DNA of 64,000 bases. It comes from an uncultured Mycoplasmatota bacterium (GTDB taxonomy: Bacteria; Bacillota_I; Bacilli_A; RF39; UBA660). The notes below the pieces were generated by a model that saw nothing but the letters and a program-made list of their open reading frames with translations, made no database searches and had not been told where the DNA came from. This document shows, in pieces, positions 1-9,646 of this stretch. Position 1 is the stretch's first letter. Each line of letters begins with the position of its first letter. The stretch lies in NCBI GenBank assembly GCA_947165285.1, contig CAMUZS010000002.1, positions 26,302 to 90,301 of the forward strand, written 5' to 3'. The translations under genes were made by a program, and so were the position numbers.

Positions 1-172
1 AATCTATAGTACATAAAACAAGAATATATAATTGGTATTAGTATTAAAAAATGCAATAACTTAAATCTATGTACTAAAAAAGCATATGGTTTTCTAATAA
101 TCATTTTACTTTCCCCTATTCTCTTAATTATTATACCATATAACTTTTAAAATAAATTAAAAAAATATATAT

Positions 173-514
173 TTACATTTTTTTATTTACTAATAATTGT
201 CCAGGTAATAAATATATATTTTTATTATTATTTAATAATTGTGTCATATCACAATTAAATTTATCTTTTACTATATCTAAATTATCTCCTTGAGTAGTAA
301 TATAATAACTATATCCACTTTTAGGTATTAATAATTCTTGATCAGTATATATATAATCATCATCATTTAATCCATTTAAAGCTGCTAATAATTTTGGATT
401 AATATTATATTGCTTTGCTATTTGATATAAGTTATCTCCTTTTTTTATTGTATAAATTGTAAAATAATCATCACTACTATTTTTAATATCTTCTAATAAA
501 TTATCATCAAACAT
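173..514 (-). CDS. Small protein with two LysM domains and no signal peptide (candidate spore coat/cortex-associated LysM protein)
   Basis: Two LysM-like repeats: YTIKKGDNLYQIAKQYNINPKLLAALNGL and YYITTQGDNLDIVKDKFNCDMTQLLNNNKNIYLLPGQ. The N-terminus is not hydrophobic. Confidence 0.6.
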   Translation of the reverse strand: MFDDNLLEDIKNSSDDYFTIYTIKKGDNLYQIAKQYNINPKLLAALNGLNDDDYIYTDQELLIPKSGYSYYITTQGDNLDIVKDKFNCDMTQLLNNNKNIYLLPGQLLVNKKM

Positions 515-559
515 AAAAAATCACATCCTATAATAAGATATGATTTAATAAATCTTTTG

Positions 560-1678
560 TTAATAAATAAATATCATATTTTCATTGTTGAAATTCCATT
601 CAAAATATTTCATAACCTTTACTTCACCAATAAAAACATCATAATAATACATTGTATCACCAACTAAATAATAAACATAATTATTATTACTATAAACTAT
701 TTTTTTAATATTATTATTTGATACTAATATTTTAGTATTACTAGTTTTTAAATATAAATTATTATTTTCTATTATATAATTTTGATCATATCCATAATCA
801 AATTTTAAAGTATTATTAACTAATTTATACATCGATATATTTTCCAATTTGTTATTATTTAAAATAACACCGTCTTTAAACTCACTACCAACAGTAATCA
901 TTTTTCTTTTTTTAACATCTAATTCATATTCAATATTATTTTTTCTATCAACAATAAAAATACTATTATCATATGTTCCTAAAATATAACTATTAAATGA
1001 TATTTCAAAATTTAATTCCCATATATCTTGTTTTAAATTATTACAATTTATTATTATTAATTTTTTAAAATTGTATTCACTATCATAATCTGGAATAATA
1101 AGATTATCTTTAAATTTAGTAGCAAGACTTATATTATAATAATCATTTTTAAATAAATTTACTTCCTCTGTTTTATTATTATCAATATAATTAAATCCAT
1201 GATAATTATATATCAAATACTTTTTATCTAAAGTATCATATATATCAATATTATTATAAGATTTATAATTAATATCTCTATTGTTCTTAAAAGAACTTAA
1301 ATCTATATTATCAACTAATCTAAAATCTATATTATTATTATCTTTTATACATAAAGGAATAGAATTTGTATTATTGTAATACAAAACAATACAACTAGTG
1401 TTATCACTATTAAAAGTATCAATACCTTTAATTATTTTTTTACCTATATATTTACTATCAAAATTATAGTCATATTTTTTATCATCTTTAGTTATATTAA
1501 TACTATATCTTTTATCATTATTATTAAATACTTCATTGATTTCATAATCATTATATTTATATTTTTTTTCATGATTTTTTGGAATAATACTATTAATTAT
1601 CAAAAAAATCAATAATATAAGTACAATAATAATTACATAAAATCTTGGTTTAAATCTATATTTCTTCTTTTTGTACAT
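560..1678 (-). CDS. Hypothetical membrane-anchored Asn/Tyr-rich protein
   Basis: N-terminal basic stretch followed by a TM helix (YVIIIVLILLIFLIINSII). The rest is predicted extracytoplasmic and beta-rich. No motif recognised. Confidence 0.5.
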   Translation of the reverse strand: MYKKKKYRFKPRFYVIIIVLILLIFLIINSIIPKNHEKKYKYNDYEINEVFNNNDKRYSINITKDDKKYDYNFDSKYIGKKIIKGIDTFNSDNTSCIVLYYNNTNSIPLCIKDNNNIDFRLVDNIDLSSFKNNRDINYKSYNNIDIYDTLDKKYLIYNYHGFNYIDNNKTEEVNLFKNDYYNISLATKFKDNLIIPDYDSEYNFKKLIIINCNNLKQDIWELNFEISFNSYILGTYDNSIFIVDRKNNIEYELDVKKRKMITVGSEFKDGVILNNNKLENISMYKLVNNTLKFDYGYDQNYIIENNNLYLKTSNTKILVSNNNIKKIVYSNNNYVYYLVGDTMYYYDVFIGEVKVMKYFEWNFNNENMIFIY

Positions 1679-2096
1679 ATTTTCTTTTTTCCCTCATCAT
1701 AAAAGAAGAGATATTAGTTTCTATTTCAGGCAAAGCTTTTTTATCAAGATTAGTAATTGTTACAACTTCTTTAACTGTATCGATAATTACTCTTCCCCAT
1801 ATTAATTCTCTTTGAACTTCCATATCATTAAATAAATCTGGAGTAATACTATTTAAATGATACCCCCAAATTAATCCTTTTCTACCTATTAGTATTCTTT
1901 TATTAGTTAAGCAAACAACGCAAGTATCAAAAATATGCCAAAAAGAATCATTTTTTTGACCAGCAAAAGCATAAATAACATATTCATCAGTATTTAAATG
2001 AATATCGATAACACTACAATGTTTTTTTACTCTCCATGCAATTCCACCATGATATTTTTGCAAATATTTACTTAATGTTTCATATGTATTATTCAT
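1656..2096 (-). CDS. Hypothetical protein, possibly a bacterial PH-like (YokE/bPH-type) domain
   Basis: 146 aa, the length and hydrophobic-core pattern of short bacterial PH-like proteins. This is a weak by-eye call. Confidence 0.3.
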   Translation of the reverse strand: MNNTYETLSKYLQKYHGGIAWRVKKHCSVIDIHLNTDEYVIYAFAGQKNDSFWHIFDTCVVCLTNKRILIGRKGLIWGYHLNSITPDLFNDMEVQRELIWGRVIIDTVKEVVTITNLDKKALPEIETNISSFMMREKRKYVQKEEI

Positions 2097-2117
2097 AATA
2101 ATACCCCGTTTCTATTA

Positions 2118-3356
2118 TTAAAATAAACTTTTTATTATATAAAATATTCCAATTCCTATTCCAACTAATAATGCAACTATTAATAAACCTATTATTACTT
2201 TTGAAAAAGTATTAGATTCTTTTTTCTTAGGTTCAACTTTTATTTTTATTTCAGATACACCTTCAACTTTTTCAATATTTTCTTGTTTTCTAACCTTATA
2301 TTTACAATGAATCATTTGATTCTTATTTAATGCATTTAAATTAATAGATGTTTGAGTCATTGCTAAATCTAATTTACTTTCAGGATATTCTTTAGAATTA
2401 ATATTTTCTAAAGATTTAATAGTTTCAATATTAGTTTTATAATTATTTTTTAATTGATTTGCAATATCTTCTTTTATATTATTATCAATTATTAAATTAA
2501 TGCTTTCCAAATACAAACCATAATTATCAGAAATTCCTCTAGATATCTTTTTAATATATGGATAATATTTATGAAATAATGTAGATAATATAGCATCTTT
2601 ATCTATATAAATATTATTTAAAATATAATAACTTTTTACGTCTAGTTCATTATTAAATGTATACACTGGTGATAACTTTTTAAATTTTGAATTAGTATTC
2701 ATTACAACACTATAATTATTAAATGTTCTATTATAATTATTTGATATTAAATCAAAAAATATCATTTTTATATAATCACTTTTTAATAACTCATATTCAT
2801 CATTATTAAGTCTAAATAAAACATTTAAGGTATTTAAAGTCATTTCAATAGCACTAACTATATCCTTTTCTTTATTTATATACATATTAGGTGAAGTTTT
2901 TGGTAAAGAAAAATAATCTTTTAACCATGAAGTTAATGTAATACCCTTTGATTTTATTAAACTTACTAATTTATTAATTAATATATCAACACTAACTTTT
3001 TGTTCATCTTTTTCTTTAGAATCAACATTTACTATACCATATACATTATTTGAATTAATTACTTTAAATATTTTTGTTGAATTAACATCAAATAAATCAG
3101 CTATTTCAGAATTAATTAATTCTAATTCATCTTTGTAACTATCTATAGATGATTTAATAAATCCTTGATATACTAAATCACTTCCAGTATTTGTATCTAC
3201 ATCTTGTGATTTATTTTCAATAGCTACTTCCACAGCATTATCAACCTTAATTGTTGAATTATTGATTATATTAAATAAAATTTTACTTTTCTTATCTTCA
3301 CCATTAATTTTATCAACTAAATAAAAATCATTAGCTATAAAAAAATCCTTATTCAT
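2118..3356 (-). CDS. Hypothetical C-terminally tail-anchored protein
   Basis: 412 aa with a single C-terminal TM segment (VIIGLLIVALLVGIGIGIFYII) and no N-terminal signal peptide. Confidence 0.5.
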   Translation of the reverse strand: MNKDFFIANDFYLVDKINGEDKKSKILFNIINNSTIKVDNAVEVAIENKSQDVDTNTGSDLVYQGFIKSSIDSYKDELELINSEIADLFDVNSTKIFKVINSNNVYGIVNVDSKEKDEQKVSVDILINKLVSLIKSKGITLTSWLKDYFSLPKTSPNMYINKEKDIVSAIEMTLNTLNVLFRLNNDEYELLKSDYIKMIFFDLISNNYNRTFNNYSVVMNTNSKFKKLSPVYTFNNELDVKSYYILNNIYIDKDAILSTLFHKYYPYIKKISRGISDNYGLYLESINLIIDNNIKEDIANQLKNNYKTNIETIKSLENINSKEYPESKLDLAMTQTSINLNALNKNQMIHCKYKVRKQENIEKVEGVSEIKIKVEPKKKESNTFSKVIIGLLIVALLVGIGIGIFYIIKSLF

Positions 3357-3410
3357 AATTTATACTCCACCTACTCTAACATAAATAATTATACCATAAT
3401 CAATTATAAA

Positions 3411-4982
3411 TTACCATAAATCTTTAATATATTCCTTATACCATAATTGAAATAAATAAAGATTAAATAATATACATCCTTGTTCATAGTTTAGTTTTGA
3501 TTTTTTTAAATTATCAACTAATTTGTTAACTTTATTCACATTAAAAAGACCTTGTTCTTTTATAGCATTATCATTTAAATAATTCCTTATATCTTTATAA
3601 AAAAATGTATATATCCACTCTCTTAATGGAATTCCAAATCCCTTTTTTTGACTATTTAAATATTTACTTGGAACATAATCATATAATATTTGTTTTAATA
3701 TATGTTTTTTATCATTATTATAATATTTAAACTTATGCTTAATTTTAAAAGAAGATTCAATAAATTTATAATCACTAAAAGGTATTGCTATATTTAGATT
3801 AAAATACTTTAATGGATAATATCCCTTTAACATTAATCTATTAGAAAAAAATGATTTTATATCATTTAACATATAATTAATTTGATTATTAAAAGAAACA
3901 AATATTGTCTTTTTACATTTATATTTACTATTAACAGCATATTTTTCTATATTATGAATTTTATATTTTAAAATATTTCTAAGAGAAATAATATGTCTTA
4001 TTATAGATCCTTTAAATGTATAATAATCATATATTCTAGATCCACAAAATAATTGATCAGCACCATCTCCAACTAAAATTATATTTTTATTATCAACATT
4101 TTGACCTAAATAAATAATTGGTATAAGAGATGGATCTGCAAAAGGTTCACCATATATTTTAGGAATTAAATTAATTATTTCTTTAACCTTCTTTTCATCT
4201 AGATACAGTTCTTTATGATTTGTTTTTAAATATTTAGCTATTTTTTTTGACTCCTCAGCTTCATTTCTTTCTTTTTCATAAAAACCAACTGTATAAGTAT
4301 TAACTACCTTCTTTTCCTTTTTTAATAATGATGTAATTAAATTAGAATCTATTCCAGCACTTAAATAAACATTTACTATCTTATTATTTTTAGTTCTTAA
4401 TTTTATAGACTCTAATAAATCACTTTCTATTAATCTTTTAGCTTCTTCAATAGTTTTAATCTTATTTTTATTTTTTTTATACATTTTAACTAAATCATAA
4501 TACCTTTTTATTATTACTTTTTTATCATAATAAACATAATTACCACTACTAACTTTATATACATTTTTAAAAATAGTATATGGCTCATTAATATATGAAT
4601 TTTTTAAATAATTAGCTATCATCTTCTTATCAAAAACTAAATCATTTTTATATTTTTTTATAATTAATTTAAAATTATCCGTAACAACAAATTCATTATT
4701 AATCATAGCATAACATAATAACTTAGATCCTAATTTATCTCTTACAGCTTTAATAGTATTATTTTCTATAATTATTATTGCATATTCACCATTTAATTTT
4801 AAAAACAAATCATCATTATACTTTTTATATAATTTTAATACTTTTTTTTCAACACTTATACTTTCACTATTTAAATCATTTAGATTATATATATTTCCTA
4901 TAACATAACAATAATATTTATCATTAAATAAATTATCATTAATAAATATTTTATTATTTACTTTTGTTACTATAATATCCAT
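3411..4982 (-). CDS. Asparagine synthetase (AsnB)-family amidotransferase paralogue lacking the N-terminal Cys nucleophile
   Basis: AsnB synthetase-domain PP-loop YLSAGIDSNLITSLL plus an AsnB-like C-terminal region. The N-terminus is MDIIVTK..., with no Met-Cys start. The gene abuts a GT4 gene. Confidence 0.7.
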   Translation of the reverse strand: MDIIVTKVNNKIFINDNLFNDKYYCYVIGNIYNLNDLNSESISVEKKVLKLYKKYNDDLFLKLNGEYAIIIIENNTIKAVRDKLGSKLLCYAMINNEFVVTDNFKLIIKKYKNDLVFDKKMIANYLKNSYINEPYTIFKNVYKVSSGNYVYYDKKVIIKRYYDLVKMYKKNKNKIKTIEEAKRLIESDLLESIKLRTKNNKIVNVYLSAGIDSNLITSLLKKEKKVVNTYTVGFYEKERNEAEESKKIAKYLKTNHKELYLDEKKVKEIINLIPKIYGEPFADPSLIPIIYLGQNVDNKNIILVGDGADQLFCGSRIYDYYTFKGSIIRHIISLRNILKYKIHNIEKYAVNSKYKCKKTIFVSFNNQINYMLNDIKSFFSNRLMLKGYYPLKYFNLNIAIPFSDYKFIESSFKIKHKFKYYNNDKKHILKQILYDYVPSKYLNSQKKGFGIPLREWIYTFFYKDIRNYLNDNAIKEQGLFNVNKVNKLVDNLKKSKLNYEQGCILFNLYLFQLWYKEYIKDLW

Positions 4983-4984
4983 TT

Positions 4985-7144
4985 TTATACTTCCTTCTTA
5001 AAAATAAAATCTATCCATTCCTCACATATAGTTTTAGAATCTAATATTTTTTGAATCTTACATCCATTTTTACTTAGTTTTTCACTTAATTTTTTATCAT
5101 TTAACACTTTATCAATATTACTTGCTAAATCATCTTCATTACTAAATATTACATTATAATTATCTTTTAATAAATCATTATTAAAACTATTTATAGTAAT
5201 TGATGGAATACCAATTGAAATTGCTTCAAATAAGGCATTTGGCATACCTTCATATTCACTAGTTAAAACAAATAAACTACTTTTATAAATATCATTTTTT
5301 ATATTATTAGACTTTCCCATTAAGAATACTTTATTTTCCAAATTATTATTAATAATATATTTTTGTAATTTATTTTTTAAAGATCCATCACCATATATTT
5401 TCAAAATATAATCTTTATTTTTTATATTACTAAATGATTTAATTAATAATAAATGATTTTTTTGAGGTTCTAATCTACCAACACTAACAATTTCTTTTTT
5501 TCTATTGCCATTAAATCTATTACATATAAAATTATTATCAAGGGGATTATATATTACTATAGATCTTTGTCTTATTTTCTTATCAAAATAATTCTTAGCT
5601 TCATTACTTTGAAATATAAATCCCGTTACCTTATTAAACAGTAATTTTATTAATATCTTATCTCTTAATCTATTAAATTCATATTTTGGATTATTTCTTA
5701 TTGAAACAAAAATTTTCTTTTTCATAAATAAATTAGCAATAATAACTCTATAAGATACCTCTGGTAAAAAAGAAATAATAACATCTGGATTAATATTTTT
5801 TATTAATTTTTTTAATTTAAAAATTCTTTTTACATTTTTTAAAATACAATTTTTCTTAGAGTCATCTAATAAATACTCATTAATATTACTATCCAATAAA
5901 AAGCTATTACTTGTTTTTAATGTATTAATAATACTTACATTATTTCTTTTTATCATTTCATTAGATAAAGTAGTAATTACTCTTTGAGCACCACCATAAT
6001 TTTTTGAACCACTAACAAATAATATTTTATTTTTTAAAATATTCAAATAATAATTTTGAATAAATAAAACACTATCTTTTATATCAAAACCTTTTTCTTT
6101 TATAATATTTGATTGATTTTTTCTTTCACTAATTGGTTTTAATACTTCTTTTATCCATTTATTAACATCTAATTTAACTACTTTTACTAGTTTTTTATTT
6201 AAGATACCATCTTTTACATTATCAGATACTATTACTTTTAAAGATGCTGCTTGAGCTTCAATTAAAGTTAAAGGAAGTCCTTCATAAATTGATGGAATTA
6301 ATAAAATATCAATAGCTTGCATTAACTCATTAATATCATTTCTATCCTTAAGTAAAATAACATAATCATTTAGTTTATGTTCGTCAATATATTTTAGTAC
6401 TTTTGATTCTAATGATCCACTTCCAACAATTATTAATTTAAAGTTACTATCAAATCTTATTAATTCATTTAATAAATATAAAGAAAACATAGGATTTTTT
6501 TGATGTTCTAATCTTCCTATAAAACCCAATAATATTGCATTATCATTTATTCCTAAATCTTTCCTTGTTCTTTTTCTTAAAATGTTATTAAATGCATACT
6601 TATCAACATCTATTGAATTATTTAATACAACACATTTATTTGATTTAGTAACCTTCTTTTTAAATAAATACTCACATGATTTTTGTGAACATCCCATAAA
6701 ATAATCACTAACATATCTTATTTTATGTTGATATATAGCCTTTAATATAGATTTTAACTTCATACCATTAGATGTATTATGTGAATGAGTGATAGTTTTT
6801 ATATTATATTTATGAGCTATTTTAATTATTAATGAGGCAATACTTCTTACATGAATATGAATTATTTTATATTCATTATGATTTTTAAAAAAATTATTCC
6901 ACTCTTTTTTAAATGAAAAATGATTTGTAAATTTATAATAATTCATATAATATATTTTTCCACCAAGACTCTTTATTTCATCAGCATAATATATTTCATC
7001 TTTTCTATCTACAATAAAATCAAATTGTATTTTAGATCTATCAATATTTCTATATAAATTCATAATTAATGATTGAGACCCACCACAATTTAAACTACCA
7101 ATATATTGTAAAATTCTTACTGGATTATTTTTCATAAAATTCAC
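4985..7144 (-). CDS. Fused tandem glycosyltransferase (two GT4-family modules)
   Basis: Two repeats of the GT4 architecture: N-terminal GG..(S/A)Q motifs (SLNCGGSQSLIMNL; NYGGAQRVITTL) and C-terminal E-G-hPhsLhEA motifs (EGLPLTLIEAQAA; EGMPNALFEAISIG). Confidence 0.8.
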   Translation of the reverse strand: MNFMKNNPVRILQYIGSLNCGGSQSLIMNLYRNIDRSKIQFDFIVDRKDEIYYADEIKSLGGKIYYMNYYKFTNHFSFKKEWNNFFKNHNEYKIIHIHVRSIASLIIKIAHKYNIKTITHSHNTSNGMKLKSILKAIYQHKIRYVSDYFMGCSQKSCEYLFKKKVTKSNKCVVLNNSIDVDKYAFNNILRKRTRKDLGINDNAILLGFIGRLEHQKNPMFSLYLLNELIRFDSNFKLIIVGSGSLESKVLKYIDEHKLNDYVILLKDRNDINELMQAIDILLIPSIYEGLPLTLIEAQAASLKVIVSDNVKDGILNKKLVKVVKLDVNKWIKEVLKPISERKNQSNIIKEKGFDIKDSVLFIQNYYLNILKNKILFVSGSKNYGGAQRVITTLSNEMIKRNNVSIINTLKTSNSFLLDSNINEYLLDDSKKNCILKNVKRIFKLKKLIKNINPDVIISFLPEVSYRVIIANLFMKKKIFVSIRNNPKYEFNRLRDKILIKLLFNKVTGFIFQSNEAKNYFDKKIRQRSIVIYNPLDNNFICNRFNGNRKKEIVSVGRLEPQKNHLLLIKSFSNIKNKDYILKIYGDGSLKNKLQKYIINNNLENKVFLMGKSNNIKNDIYKSSLFVLTSEYEGMPNALFEAISIGIPSITINSFNNDLLKDNYNVIFSNEDDLASNIDKVLNDKKLSEKLSKNGCKIQKILDSKTICEEWIDFIFKKEV

Positions 7145-7220
7145 CTTTAAATTATTAATAATTATAATAACATTTTTATAATAATAATTAAAGATAAAAA
7201 CAATGCCCTATGACATTGTT

Positions 7221-8645
7221 TTAATATTGTATTCCCCATAAAACATGATATTTAGCTTGACGTCCACAACAAACACATTTATCATCAATATTATTTTCAT
7301 CTTCAAGAATACATCTAGATTTACAACCTTTTATTTCTTTAATTTTAGTTTCACATGCTTGATCTCCACACCACATTCCATGAATAAAACCTGCTTGATT
7401 ATTTAATATATCTTCAATATCTTTTAAATCATGAGCTTCAAAAGTTAATTCATCTCTTCTTTGTTTAGCTCTTTCATACATTTCTCTTTGGATAGTATCT
7501 AAAAGAACACTTACATATGCAACAATATCCATATTTGATTGAGTAGTTAATTTTTCTCTTGTATCACGTCTAACAACCGTAATAGTATTATTTTCTAAAT
7601 CACGTAATCCAACTTCAATTCTAACAGGTATTCCATTAACCTCAGCTTCTGCAAATTTAAATCCTGGTGATTTATCACTATTATCAATATAACAAGTAAT
7701 ATCTGCTTTAGATAATTGTTCTTTAAATTTATTACATAATTTCAAAACTTTTTCATCATCACCTATTGGAATAATTACAACTTGTTTTGGTGCTATTTTA
7801 GGTGGAAGTACAAGACCAAAATCATCTGAATGAACCATAATTAATCCACCAATCATTCTTGTAGTAGTTCCCCATGATGTTTGATATACATATTCTAATT
7901 TATTATCTACATTTGCAAATTTAATATCATATGCCTTTGCAAATTTTTGTCCAAAATAATGGGATGTACCAGATTGTAATGCAACACCATTATACATTAA
8001 TGCTTCATTAGTTAATGTATATTCAGCTCCAGCAAATTTTTCTTTTTCAGTTTTTAAACCTGTAATTGATGGAATAGCAAGTACTTCATGATGAAACCAC
8101 TTATAAACATCCATCATTTGCTTAGTTTCTTTTTCTGCTTCATCTTGAGTTGCATGAATTGTATGTCCTTCTTGCCATAAAAACTCTCTTGATCTTAAAA
8201 AAGGTCTAGTTTCTTTTTCCCATCTAATTACATTACACCATTGATTATACAATTTAGGTAAATCTTTATAAGATCTAATATGTGTTGAATAATAATCACT
8301 AAACATTGTTTCAGATGTTGGTCTAAAACATAATCTTTCCTCTAATAACTTTGAACCACCATGAGTTATCCAAGCAACTTCTGGAGCAAATCCTTCAACT
8401 AATTCTCCTTCTTTTTTTAATAATGTCTCTGGAATTAATACTGGCATACATACATTAGTATGTCCAAGTTCCTTAAATTTTTTGTCTAAAATACTCTGCA
8501 TTTTTTCCCAAATTGCATATCCATTTGGTTCAATAACCATACAGCCCTTAACTGATGAATAATCTGCAAGTTGTGCAGCCCTAACAACATCAGTATACCA
8601 TTTTGCAAAATCTTGATCCCTTGGTGTTATAGCTTTATTATTCAT
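7221..8645 (-). CDS. proS: Prolyl-tRNA synthetase, archaeal/eukaryotic type
   Basis: Class II aaRS motifs and a C-terminal Cys cluster (CVCCGRQAKYHVLWGIQY) typical of the short ProRS form. The likely true start is MNNKAITP, preceded by AGGAGG; the ORF track extends 17 codons upstream of it. Confidence 0.9.
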   Translation of the reverse strand: MNNKAITPRDQDFAKWYTDVVRAAQLADYSSVKGCMVIEPNGYAIWEKMQSILDKKFKELGHTNVCMPVLIPETLLKKEGELVEGFAPEVAWITHGGSKLLEERLCFRPTSETMFSDYYSTHIRSYKDLPKLYNQWCNVIRWEKETRPFLRSREFLWQEGHTIHATQDEAEKETKQMMDVYKWFHHEVLAIPSITGLKTEKEKFAGAEYTLTNEALMYNGVALQSGTSHYFGQKFAKAYDIKFANVDNKLEYVYQTSWGTTTRMIGGLIMVHSDDFGLVLPPKIAPKQVVIIPIGDDEKVLKLCNKFKEQLSKADITCYIDNSDKSPGFKFAEAEVNGIPVRIEVGLRDLENNTITVVRRDTREKLTTQSNMDIVAYVSVLLDTIQREMYERAKQRRDELTFEAHDLKDIEDILNNQAGFIHGMWCGDQACETKIKEIKGCKSRCILEDENNIDDKCVCCGRQAKYHVLWGIQY

Positions 8646-8654
8646 ATTTATTCC

Positions 8655-8900
8655 TCCTAAAACAAAAAGAGACTGTACTAAAGAAAGTGCTTTCACACGG
8701 TACCATCTCTTATTTAACTCAAATATTGATAACGGAAAAATTTTTCCGGAAGTAGTTTACTACCCCACTCAATGGTAGGAATTATTTAAGTATATAATCT
8801 AGTTTCCACTATCCTAGAATCACTTTTTATATTTAAATAAATAATTATGTCCATCTCAATGTATTAAATAAATGATACAATTTTATGTTTATTTTGTCAA
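8655..8900 (-). promoter_or_regulatory. T-box riboswitch leader (proline specifier CCU) upstream of proS
   Basis: On the minus strand: an aattCCTAcc specifier loop, an AGTAAA-like box, and the conserved T-box agagatGGTACCGtg. Its 3' half can pair with downstream gtacagtctct followed by ttttgtttt, forming a terminator, with an alternative antiterminator. Confidence 0.7.
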
Positions 8901-8904
8901 TAAT

Positions 8905-8938
8905 TATGCTATAATGAAATTAATAATGGAGGCAGTAA
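8905..8938 (+). promoter_or_regulatory. Extended -10 promoter (TGcTATAAT) and GGAGG RBS driving the tandem small-paralogue operon
   Basis: tgctataat at 8907-8915 and ggagg at 8928-8932, 6 nt before the ATG at 8939. The -35 element is poor. Confidence 0.5.
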
Positions 8939-9307
8939 ATGAATATTCTTGATATAAATAAAAATATTTTAAAAAAACAAGAAGAAACTCAAACTACTTT
9001 AGAGAATAATGTTGATAAATATATTGACTATTTATTTAAAAAAAATGCAATTACTTATGGTGAACATTTCTATTTAAAGGAAATATTAATCACATATATA
9101 AATTTAAAAAATGAAAAGAAAAATATAATAGAAAACAACATAAATAATGATAATAAATTAAAAGTATTAAATAACTTAATATTTGATTGTGAACAAATAC
9201 TAGATGATTATGAAATAATAAAAAACGTGAAAGAATCTATGCATTCAAATAAAACTAAAGTATTAGCTAAATATAAACCTATTATTGCTTATAACATTAT
9301 AAAGTGA
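8939..9307 (+). CDS. Small hypothetical protein, paralogue A (122 aa)
   Basis: Shares the motif YIDYLFKKNAITYGEHFYLKEILITYINL with the downstream gene. Good RBS and promoter. Confidence 0.6.
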   Translation: MNILDINKNILKKQEETQTTLENNVDKYIDYLFKKNAITYGEHFYLKEILITYINLKNEKKNIIENNINNDNKLKVLNNLIFDCEQILDDYEIIKNVKESMHSNKTKVLAKYKPIIAYNIIK

Positions 9308-9321
9308 TATAATAATTTCCA

Positions 9322-9627
9322 TTGGGGGAAATCCTTATGGAAAAGTTAGAAAAAGTTATCAATGAACAAAGAATATCATATATTAATTCATTATTTAATA
9401 CAGGTGAAATAACTTATGGAGAATGTGAATATTTAAAATTAATACTAAAAAGTTATAATAATCTTATTAGAATGAAAAATGATCTTATATATGAAGATGA
9501 AATAACTAATATGTATAAAATTTATGAAATTGATAACTATTTAAAAATTAGCAGTCAAACATTAAATAAATATAATGTATTAAGAATAGATTATGAATAT
9601 GTTAAAGCATTAAATAAAGCCTTATAA
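9322..9627 (+). CDS. Small hypothetical protein, paralogue B (101 aa)
   Basis: YINSLFNTGEITYGECEYLKLILKSYNNL aligns with paralogue A. The two genes are in tandem and appear to be co-transcribed. Confidence 0.6.
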   Translation: MGEILMEKLEKVINEQRISYINSLFNTGEITYGECEYLKLILKSYNNLIRMKNDLIYEDEITNMYKIYEIDNYLKISSQTLNKYNVLRIDYEYVKALNKAL

Positions 9628-9646
9628 TAATTATAAGGTTTTTTAT

